DNA of 64,000 nucleotides from Lytechinus pictus (lineage: Eukaryota). Below, piece by piece: positions 53,502 through 64,000 of the stretch; the stretch's first letter is position 1; each line of letters starts with the position of its first letter. The position numbers and the translations under genes were made by a program. The DNA is taken from contig NC_087245.1 in assembly GCF_037042905.1 (NCBI RefSeq), positions 5,644,001 through 5,708,000 on the forward strand, given 5' to 3'. A model generated the notes under the pieces. That model had not been told where the DNA came from. It saw only the letters and a program-made list of their open reading frames with translations, and ran no database searches.

Positions 53502-53716
53502 TAGTCTACAAAAGTAGACCCACATCTGCAGTGTGTGTACCACAGCTGATTCAAAGAGTCTGCATAGCAGACTAGGTCTGATGTGGCTGCAGATGTGGCT
53601 GAAATGGTTCGCTTTGCTCGCCCTTTCAGGCTGGTTTGCTTTGCAAACCAGCATCAGCGTGCACAGCGCGCTGAGATCCCACCATACGAGCCATTCAGAG
53701 TCTGCATAGCAGACTA
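53502..53716. mobile_element. Short TAG..CTA MITE with 9-bp TSD (Academ/Mutator-type)
   Basis: TSD GATCGTGGT at 53493-53501 and 53717-53725; ends TAGTCT / AGACTA. Confidence 0.75.
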
Positions 53717-54083
53717 GATCGTGGTATAGAATACCATAACTGTTAACTTTTCAGATTCATGTTGATAGTTGAAAAACAAGACGAGTGTAAAATAAGTCAC
53801 CACCAGGGTGTTACAACCTCTTTTCAGAAAAATTTAAAAATTTAAAAATTAGCAGACAATATAAATAATGTTACCACCATTGCCATATTTTGAAATACAG
53901 CTTTATCTTAGCTGCCTTGTTTTGAGATGTAAGATTTTAACATCCCAGCGATACAGTGTGTCTGAACCAGTCTAAACTAGCACATATTTAGAGTATTTTG
54001 CTATGTCTCCAGAACTTTGATTGTCTTCTGTTGGCCATTGATAATCGTATAGAGTTAAAAGATTATTTTTTATTCAATTCTAG

Positions 54084-54274
54084 ACTGGAATCGGGCATTC
54101 CCTTATTAGTGAAGGAAATCTTTAACATGCCAGATGATATCCAGGCAAACCTTAGTGTTGCATTTCCTGATGAAGGTGCATACAAGAGATTTCATCAAAT
54201 GTTTGAAGATTTTCCAAGTATACTCTGTACTAAGATACGAGATGGTGATCATAGGATTGTCTCTATTAAGGAGG
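54084..54274 (+). CDS. Class II PRPP synthetase, exon 6 (LESGIPLL...VAFPDEGAYKRF...CTKIRDGDHRIVSIKEG)
   Basis: AFPD.GA.KRF and C.K.R.GD.R motifs; GTAAGT donor. Confidence 0.95.
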
Positions 54275-55015
54275 GTAAGTTTCTTCTAGTTTGGTTTCTC
54301 ATGTCAACCTGCTTTTTCTTCTTCTCTCTCCTTCATCTGTTATCTTCTTTTTTTTTTTTTTCTCCCCCTCCCCCTCTTCCTTGTTTTATTTTTGTTCTTT
54401 CCGGTTTAATTCTTTCATCTATTTTTACGTTAAGGATCCTTTCTACTTTGATCAGTGTTCTGTTATTTTGTTGGTCATCATTTTGGTTTTTCCCTGTTAC
54501 TTTTCTACCCCCCCCCCTCTAGTTCTTTTTATTTATTATTAATATATATATATTTTTTTTTTTTGGGGGGTCCATTTCCAATTTTTACACTTCTCCTGTT
54601 TTTCACCTTTATTTTCACATTTAACTTCCCTGCTGAATTAATTCACATTTGAATGATTACTATGATAGTTTCTTTCCATCGACATTTTCTGATTACCATT
54701 TATTATTTGTTTATTCATATAATATTTTGTGATGGATTTCAATGTTATACTTATCATCATAATATAATGTTTGTATATTTGTAAAATATGTATACTGTGT
54801 GCAAGTGTTACTGGCCGCAAGATTCAATTTGTAATAAACCCTGAAGAATATTATGTGTATGTAATTTTTTTTATATTGCTTTTGAACCACTCTTCCTTTA
54901 TTTTATTAATTTCCCTTTTTTGCAGTTTATTATTGTTCTTCTTCTTCCTAATTTATGTATATTATTTATGCAGTACTTTAATTGTTTTCAAAATCTTCCT
55001 TTATTTTGGAATAAG

Positions 55016-55092
55016 GTGAAACATTTGGACGGCATGTGATCATCATAGATGACTTGATACAGACAGGTGGTACACTCATAAATTGTGCAAAG
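55016..55092 (+). CDS. Class II PRPP synthetase, exon 7 (ETFGRHVIIIDDLIQTGGTLINCAK)
   Basis: PRPP/ribose-5-phosphate binding loop of the type I PRTase fold; phases 1/0. Confidence 0.95.
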
Positions 55093-56313
55093 GTAAGACA
55101 ACTCAAAGTTCATCAAAATAGGAACAATATTGATATTTTCTTTATAAGTTTAGGACTGACTGTCATGTCAGAAATTTTTCTTTTTGGATTTAAAGATGTC
55201 AATTATAAAAAAAAAACACTTCCTTTTATGTTTTCAACTGACAAATAAAATTCTAATATAGCATTCAAAAGGTAGGAATAAAATGATATTTTTTATTCAC
55301 CAAAGCACCTGTATAAATACACTTCCCATTTGTCTTTCCCTGAACTGATGCACATAACACATGTTTAACCTACAAAGAAGAAGTCTTGAATCAAATTGAT
55401 GTCCAAACCATAATATATGAATTCAGCATTGAATTGAATGTATTTTGTTAAAAACAAGAAAATGATAAATGTGAAATTAACAAAATAAAAATGGAAGGAA
55501 AACCCTCCTCAGCAGCATCAATCATGGTGCTGCTGGTCTACTGAGGGGTCCTCGGTAGACCAGATTGGGACTAGTGTGTCATTCCTCACTTTCAAAATGT
55601 CTCCCATAAACGAGACTATCATATTATGCACTATATATTACGACAAAGGGCGACTTGCAAACTTGAATGTACAATTGAATCATGATGAACTGCAGAGATC
55701 ACTTTTGCTTGATGTGGCAAAACGTGTGTATCGAATGGCAACCATCGAAAATGAAGAAATACTACAGGCCAATCCCACTTCCATAATTTAATTTCTTTGA
55801 TATGAGGTTTAAACTTGAATGTCAATGTTGAGAGTAAGCTCAAATAAACAGTACCAAACAATTCACTCATAGATGTAATGTATTAGCATGAGTTGTGCTG
55901 CTTTCAATTATCATTAAAAAAAATGCACAAAACTACAACTTTCCATTTGGTAGAATTCTGTTGTTGAGTGTATGTTACTCGCCTCATCAATTCAGATATG
56001 TCAAAGTACAGAATATCCTAGTATTCTAATGTTGACAAGAACTTACTTTTTGATACATTGAATGTGGGTGGCCTTTTAAGGACCAACACATGCCCACAAT
56101 AGAATATATGTTGTACCGTCAAACCTCTACACTCTTTCCTAGCCATAGAAACCTTCAGAAGTTAATACGATAATGATTAGTTACTTTTGAGGACTATTTT
56201 TTAAAATGACATGTATTGCTCACTGAGACTTTCATTTGTCACATGAAAGAATTTATTTGTTTACCAACTTCAGAGCATTGATAACACTTGCTGTTTCCTT
56301 TGTTTTTATGTAG

Positions 56314-56541
56314 GTTTTACAGAAGCACGGAGCACTCTCTGTGAATGCATTTGTGACTCATGCTGTCTTTCCTCAGCATTCTTGGAGGAGGTTTTTGGAA
56401 GATGATGTTAAATTGGATACTTTCTGGATCACAGACTCTATCCCGCATGCCAAGCATATTGCTCAGCATCCTCCTTTTAAGCTCCTCTCATTGTGTGATG
56501 CCATCTCTGAGACTCTGCTCAGCTATGACCTGAAAGAGTGA
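56314..56541 (+). CDS. Class II PRPP synthetase, terminal exon 8 (VLQKHGALSVNAFVTHAVFP...FWITDSIP...YDLKE*)
   Basis: VTHAVF and WITDS motifs; TAG acceptor; TGA stop at 56539-56541. Confidence 0.95.
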   Translation, partial: VLQKHGALSVNAFVTHAVFPQHSWRRFLEDDVKLDTFWITDSIPHAKHIAQHPPFKLLSLCDAISETLLSYDLKE

Positions 56542-56955
56542 AGAGTGCTAGATATAGTAAACCCCTTTTTAGGCTGGCATTTTTTAATCCCAGACTTTTC
56601 CTAGTTCAAAACTCTTGATACCCCCATATTATATATATATATTTTCATTTTAAATTTAAATCTCACTCAATGGTCAGATAGTAACTACTATGCACTGAGC
56701 CTTGGCTGAGGAAATCTGTTGCTTTTTCAAACTTGTATATTTGTAGCTCTGTACTTAATCCAAAAGCTAGATATGGCTCCTCTGCATATGAAAGTATACT
56801 GCATAATACATTCACATAGTTCGTCATATAAATTCTTATTTTTTTGTCCATTTCTCCTTTCTGTATCTTGTACTCTCATCCTATGTAGCATGATTAGCTT
56901 AAGAAATTGTTCCTTCTGAAGATTGTATGCATGTATGGCATATTAAACACACCTG

Positions 56956-57080
56956 GGGCCAGTAACACAAAACTATGCAATGATCGCAGAATATTTTTCT
57001 ACAATTGATTCCATTGACTAAACAATCAATCGTGAAAATCAAGCGTACAATCAATTGCTAACCTTTGTGTTACGGAACCC
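56956..57080. mobile_element. Small Harbinger-like MITE in the probable 3' UTR of the PRPP synthetase gene
   Basis: GGGCCAGTAACACAAA / TTTGTGTTACGGAACCC with CWG flanks. Confidence 0.5.
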
Positions 57081-60000
57081 AGGACAGAACTTATTGAAAT
57101 TAAAAGGCAGCACAGAAACTTGTTTTGGACAGGTGCATGAAAACTGAAATGATATATGCACTAATCACCTGACCATTTTGATGATAAGCCTTTCTTGTTT
57201 CTGACTGGCCTTCGTCTTGTTGCTTATCTCCTGCTTAACCCCAGAATATTTTTCTTTTTATGTTGGCTTGCACTGAAACTATGGGATTAGCCCTGCTTTT
57301 ATGGAGCTTTGCATGGAATGGGAGTACCAGTGGGCCAGTGTCATTACTCATTAGAGCTCTCTTGAAAATTCAACATTAGGAGCCATGAGATTCATTCTGG
57401 GAAATGTTATAAAAAGGATGATGTCAATAAAAAGATTTGATATATCGAATTCTACTATTGAATTATGCATCATTGGCAAAGATTCTCATTGAATTCAATG
57501 AAAGGTCAAAAGGTGGCAGCTCTGACCAAAATGTTATTATGTACATATTCAAATGCATGCTACGTGCATATATGAATTATTAATTTATTCAGTGCAATAT
57601 TTCATCTTTTTTGGATTAATCTATTTTCCTATTTTGTTTACTCGTTCAGTTTCACATTAGAGAGATTGACACTTGAGATTTGGCAATGATGAACATAGTA
57701 ACTAACTAATACTTATTATCCAATAGATATCAATTATACTTCTGCATCAGAAACATGTATGGTAGGTTGCATACTTCAGTGCATTATTGTGTTCTATTCA
57801 TAGTATGACCCTTTCAAAGCATTGCAATATCCATGTCTCTTTTGTTGTGGGAATATGATATTACACTGGCAGTCTAGATTAGCTGATGAAATTAATATGA
57901 AAGTCTGTGGGTGTGATTTGTCAAAAAGGAATAATGTGGTAAAAACAATTCTTTCCATCAAGAAGAAAAGTTTATGAAGATTATGTTTTGGATCGCTTCA
58001 GTTCTTGAGATGGTATACTGTGTATGCATTAAAAAAGTCATATAGAATTCATATAACAGACATTACATTTATAATACCTAAGCAATTACTGTAGTGTAGG
58101 CTTGTGGGTTGGTGTAATTAGTAAAGAGCAGAAATTTTCTTTTTAACTAGACAAAAAATTTAGATGTTGATATATATAAAAAGAATAGTTAAGACAATTC
58201 AGTGAAATTCTCATGGCATCTGCATTAGAAGATAATGGTGGAAATTTTATTGCAAGTACTTATACATATTTTTTTAAATATTATCATACTTGTCCTGATG
58301 CATGGTTTTATGTATCTTTGATGCAATTAACGTATGGAATTTTTGAACTCAAAATAACTTAGTCACATCCTTAACCTTCAATTCATTTACACATATTCTG
58401 TATGTGTGAAGATATGAATTGTTATTTTGTATTAATCCTTTTGATCTCTTTTCTGTATGTGTGGATATCAAATAACAATACATACATGATGATATTAGTG
58501 TAAAGCATGATCATGAAGCATGTAATATATATGCAAATTATAATGGTAGCCCAGTAGTCATTCTGTACAGCTTGATTAAACATTTTGAGTGTTTACATTT
58601 ATAGGTTATAATAACTTGATTTGTTATGCATAATCATGCACTTTAGATTTGTATTATTGCAATCATATGCAATCATCTTCTTCATGTATTTTGAATTTTG
58701 AATAGTTGCATATATTCCATTTCTCTCTTATTGAAATATTTTTATTGTACAAATACAATTATCATAGAATGCTTACTGTTGTGCAAAGTCGGTATTTCGT
58801 TATTGTTTGTTATCAACGATGAACTATTGTAATCTTCTCAAGATATATGATAAAAAAAACACTTTCTAGGATTTATATTTTCCTTTGTTGTGTTGATTTT
58901 CAAAACCTGATAAGCTGGTTTATTTTCATTGATTACAATTGTAGATTAAGTTCATATCTAGTATATGCTTATCACTTTCTACCTTTTTAAAAGGAAATAT
59001 TGTGTGCAATGCATAGTCATACATCTTGTACATTTCATTCATATAATATCAACATACAAACTACTTATAGAAGGACTTAGATGATTTGTCAAGTTTTATG
59101 ATATAAGCATAGTCTTGCATAATCAAGTAAAACATAATTGTATTAGCTTCAACTGCTTTTTGACTAACGGGAGAGAAACAATCTTATCAGACTTTACTAT
59201 TGCTCCCTAAACAGTTACTTTTTAAGGATTGGAATTAAAATGATGTGCAATATATGAACATGTCTAAATTGTAGAGGAATTTTAAATGAGCATTCATTTA
59301 CTGACTTGCCAGTTATGTCAAAGGATTATGGCATTCTTAAATATTGTTTCAATGCATTTATCTTCTTTGTATCAGATAATCTTGAATATATCAAATGCTC
59401 ATGCCATGTAGTTATGATTAACGTTTTCAAGTACTAGATTACAGGCTGCTCTGTTTGTTAGTAGGTGAATAGATTATTGTGTAATATTAATCATCTTTTG
59501 TGATAATAACCATGGAAAAAATAAATGATTTGGTTGCAAATCTATATAGAATCATGATTATCACCTGTCTCTTTCAACATCTGTAAGTACAATTTACATA
59601 TTGTTATTTGGAATGTTCACAAAGAGTTTAAAGTATGACTAATAATCACACTTAAATTTCCAGATCATGCTCACGCACACTACTGTGAAGTTAGTGGCGT
59701 ACAGATAGGGGGACCTAGGGGGCGTTTGCTCCCCTCCCTCAGTTTTTTCACAACCGAGTGACCTTTTCTTTCAATATTCCAATTGTAATTTGAACACATG
59801 TTCAAACAGTATTACCGAAGCCTTATTGTGTCAAGATGTTTGGGCAAATTGAATTTTAAAACTAAAAAGTAGAGGATCCTCCCCTATTAGCACGTGACCC
59901 CTCCCTCCTAAATTGAGAAGTAGAGGACCGCTCCCTAATTATGATTTCGGTGATGGTGGTAGTGATGGTAAGGCCTATTTATTTACGCATGATGACTTGA

Positions 60001-61889
60001 TATTATTTTCTCATAATTTTGTTATGTTTGTTACTATTGAATTAATCCAGTCATTTCGGAACTATTGACAAAAGATGGATGGAGACCAATAAATCATGCT
60101 CATGTTTAGGTTTTCAAACATGACATTATCTTTTTGAAAATTACTCGTCCCCGTAAGCAAGCGCTGGGATGTGCCAAGTTTACTTTACCATCTATTTGAT
60201 TATCACTTAATTTTTTTTGTTAGTTTTCTTTATTCAGGTTCATAATGTAAAATAAGTAGAAGACATACGAAAGAAAAGAGAAATGAAATTCACAAGATTG
60301 AAAACCGATAAGGGTCCTTAAAAATGCTTCATTTTCAGCTCGCTCGAAGCTCTAGCCCCGGCTCTCGCATTATTGATCTAGTCCATACGAAGTCCCTAGT
60401 CTTGTAAAAATAAAGCTAACATTATATTTAAAGCTTTGGTTTTAAGAACTACCCCCTTTTACTGGCGTACAGACGTTGGGCTTGGGGCCATGGACCCCAA
60501 ACAGTTTCACGACGAAGAAAAAGGGAAAGGAAAGGAAAGGAAAAAGGGAAAGAAAGGAGAAGAAAAATGGTAAACATTATACAGTGCGTCCCACAAAAAA
60601 CTAGACCGAGATTTATCGATGATTTATCATACCTTAATCGCATATACAATAGACAAATGACCTATTATTGTAAAGCTAAGAGTCTCCTCCATGTTTGAAA
60701 TGACTTAGATTATTATTCATTCATGTATGAGTGAGCAAAAAACAATTTGAAGAAAGGAAACCCAAAAGTCTCTTGGCGGGCGGTATCTGAGTTTCAAAAA
60801 GAAAATCACATCTTTAAAAAGTTCCATATCTGCTCTTTAATTTGATACCTCAAATACAGAAAACGGTCAAGAAATAATAAAGTTCTGTTTATTTGAAATA
60901 AGGATTGAATTCCAATAATTTCATAAAATGAAGAGGGGGGGAGGGGCAGTGGCGCTCGAGCGTGGCCCTGGGAAGCGGGGGTGCTGAAACATCCCCAAGT
61001 TGAGGGTGTGCGTTTATTATTTTCCGTAGGCAGCACCCCCAGGAATTCTGGAATGTAGGGAAAAATGGAGAAATGTAACAAAAATGATCAACATTTTGCA
61101 CAGAACCCCTCATTTTTTTGCTTGTCAGACTTCTTGGGACGAAAATTACATTCATTTTGTAGTGAAACTTTTTTTTTTGCTTGTCAAATTACATCAGCAC
61201 CCCCAGTCCAAAAATCGTTCCCAGGTCAAGGCCTGCACAATGCCCGTCCGTGTATTATAACTTGGGGTACGAGTCGTGATTTTTAAAGCTAGACTACATT
61301 ATTAAAGTTACTAATGGAACTCTTTCTATACGAAGAATCTGCTTGTAATATAATTTGAAAGCAAGGATGTATGGATCGGAAGAACTTGGCTCTCTGTTCT
61401 GAAGAGAATGCAGTTTAATAGAAACAGACTTCCTTGTAACTGTACTACGAGGAGAATTTATAAGGAAGGAGGCCATCATGGCCATGCAGCAAAATTCTAA
61501 CAGTTTTAGCAAGAAGTTGGAGGTTTGTAATGGCCCACTGACTGAAGAAAATATAAATATTAGCAATTCTCACAGAAAAAACATATCCTGTGTGAAATTA
61601 TTAATCTTTGGGCCATGATAGCTCCAGATATTTTTCAGATAAGGAAAGTGAAAGTATAGCAGATGAAATATTGTTTTTAAAGTTGAAGAAATATGTGAAG
61701 GACTTGAAAGCCTCACAAGATACCAAAACAAGTACTACATGTAGTATCACTGATGACATCAGCGCTCTGCTACCAAATATCATGCATACATGTATTAGTG
61801 AGCCCTTATGTAGATTACATGGTAAAACAGACACTTTATTAAAACCCAAAGCAATTTAACAATGCTTATGAAATGTAACTTGTTTTCCC

Positions 61890-63717
61890 TAAACATACAT
61901 GTAACAACAGCGTGAAAAAATAACCAAAAGGGGTTGCTTTGTACATTTTGTAATTTACGGGTTCATTTCTTGTGTCAACATTCCTTTGAGGATTTATAAC
62001 GATGATTCAGAACTTTTCTTAGATTGGAAATGTCCAAAATGTACAATGAAAGAATTACCTTTTTATAACGATACTTCTGATACTCTAAACAAATGTTACC
62101 TTTTGTTGGAGGAATCAACTATTCAATAATAATAATTGGAGATTCAATTTTGATCTAAGACGCCCGAGTAATTCACAGACTATGAAATACAATCAAATCA
62201 ATAGTATTTATTCGTTAGAACAAATAAATACTTCAGAATATACATGAATAATGGGTGGTTCCTCAACACTAATTGATCATAAGCTTACAAATTTTATAAA
62301 TAAAGTGAGGTCTTTTGGTGTAATCGATATTGGGCTTAGTCATCATGCTATGAGTTTTCTCATTTGGAAATCCCATTCAATAAGTACCCATGAAATATAT
62401 ATAACTTTGAGGAAGAGTGGAAATATTGATATCAATCATTTTAAATCTGATGTTAAAAACCAAAATTGGAATGAAACAGAAAATGTTGATAATACAAATG
62501 ATGCAGTAAAAAGGTGGGAAGAACTTTTGCTAGAGGTTGTGGATAACTAAACATGTAAAGAACAAACACTCTCCCTGGCTAAATGAACACCTCTTCAACT
62601 TAATGAAATAGAGAGATCGAATTTTAACGTAATGCTAAATCTAAACAAGAGGAAAGGTTATGGGTAGAGTATAGGCGCTTAAGAAATAAGGTCACCTATG
62701 AAATTAAAAAAGAAAAAATATTATTATGAAAAATTATGTCAAAATCAAACTAGAAATGAGTCTTGGAATGTATTAAAATATTTTATATCAAATCGTAATG
62801 TATCATCCGCTAACCATTCATGCACTGGTGACGCTTTCGATACTGCTAATAAATTTAATCTACATTTTGCAAGTGTTGCTGACAACGTATCTATTGATGA
62901 AACGCAAGATTTAACAAATTTTTCTAAAGTACTTGATATTGATGATATATTTACTTTAAACAAAATACAAGAAAGTGATATTTTGAAAGAAATCAATACA
63001 CTTAAAAACAAAAAGTCAGTTGGAGTTGATGGTATATCTACATTTATTCTAAAGACATGTGCTAATGAATTAGTTCCCTCAATAACCTATTTAATAAATA
63101 AATCTATTGTAGACGGAAGAGTACCAGGTAAGTGGAAAGTTGCCAAGATAAAAGCTTTACACAAAAGGGGGATAAATCGAATCCTAATAATTTTAGACCA
63201 ATTTCATTACTCCCATGTGTTTCTTATTGAAAGGGTCATTCAAAAACAACTATTGCATTATCTTAATAAAACAAAATCCTCATTACTGAACAATCAGGAT
63301 TAGACCTAAACACTCAAATACGACAGCCCTATCACAGGTTAAAGATGAATGGCTTCTTGCCATGGATAATGGGGATTATATACGGGAGCCGTCTTTTTAG
63401 ATTTACAAAAAAGCTTTTGACTTAGTCAATCACCAAATGCTTTTATCTAAACTCTCTCTCTTCTTGGAGTTACTGGTAAATTGGTTCTTAAGCTATCTTT
63501 CCGATCGCAAAATTAAAACTTGTTTGAATAATGTCTTTTCTTATGAATATGTAATTTCAAATGGTGTACCCCAGGGGGTCTATATTAGGTCCGCTTCTTT
63601 TCGTTATATTCATAAATGATTTGTCATTTTCTCTTCATAAATGTTCTTTTCATTTGTATGCCGATGATTCTGTTTTATATTTCTCGGACAAAAATCCACT
63701 TGTGGTTGAAAGAACAC
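61890..63717 (+). mobile_element. Decayed CR1/L2-group LINE ORF2 (Cys-rich PHD-like remnant, endonuclease C-terminus, reverse transcriptase)
   Basis: WKCPKC..KELPF, STLIDH...GLSHH, GVDGIS, RPISLLP, AVFLDL, GVPQG/GSILGPLLF..FINDL and LYADD, spread over several frameshifts. Confidence 0.9.
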
Positions 63718-63721
63718 TTAA

Positions 63722-64000
63722 AGGCCAATTCCACCTCAGAATTTTTTTTTTGAATCAACAGAGAAAAATCAGACAAGCATAATGCTGAAAATTTCTTCAA
63801 AATTGGATGTAAAATAAGAAAGTTATGACATTTCGAAATTTCGCTTATTTTTCACAAAATAGTTATATGCACAATTTACCCACATGCATATGGGAGAATC
63901 GATGATGTCCCTCACTCACTATTTCTTTTTTTTTTATTGTTTGAATTATACAATATTTCAATTTTTACAGGTTTGACAATAAGGACCAACTTGACTAAAC
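63722..64000. mobile_element. TTAA/Kolobok-like MITE inserted into the LINE RT, truncated by the window edge
   Basis: TTAA|AGGCCAATTCCACC; matches the 48054 copy. Confidence 0.8.

Noticed and set aside
53998..54522. 174-aa ORF as a stand-alone membrane protein
   Set aside because: Only 54084-54274 is PRS exon 6; the hydrophobic tail is T-rich intron.
39621..56541. Plant/algal contamination or recent horizontal transfer as the source of the class II PRS
   Set aside because: Its introns contain the same MITE and HINE families as the PASK introns. An ancient transfer cannot be excluded without a phylogeny.

Overview
This is AT-rich, intron-containing animal genomic DNA. The repeat families look echinoderm/sea-urchin-like, which is an inference, not a determination. 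Two spliced genes can be rebuilt by hand with GT-AG sites and consistent phases. (1) The 5' part of a PAS-domain Ser/Thr kinase (PASK) lies on the minus strand: ATG at 20400, nine complete coding exons, and a tenth running off the left edge. The kinase domain is outside the window. (2) A complete 8-exon, 353-codon ribose-phosphate pyrophosphokinase lies on the plus strand (39621-56541). Its motifs match the plant-type class II (PRS3/PRS4) enzyme rather than the class I PRPS of vertebrates. The rest is dense in mostly non-autonomous DNA transposons, many with readable TIRs and TSDs (TTAA/Kolobok-like, hAT, Tc1/mariner, Harbinger-like, Helentron/HINE-like, Crypton-like, Academ-like). These include a multi-level nest just upstream of PASK. 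There is also a tRNA-derived SINE, a short element with a 7SL-like head and a decayed CR1/L2-group LINE. All family assignments are by eye from recalled motifs; no searches were run.
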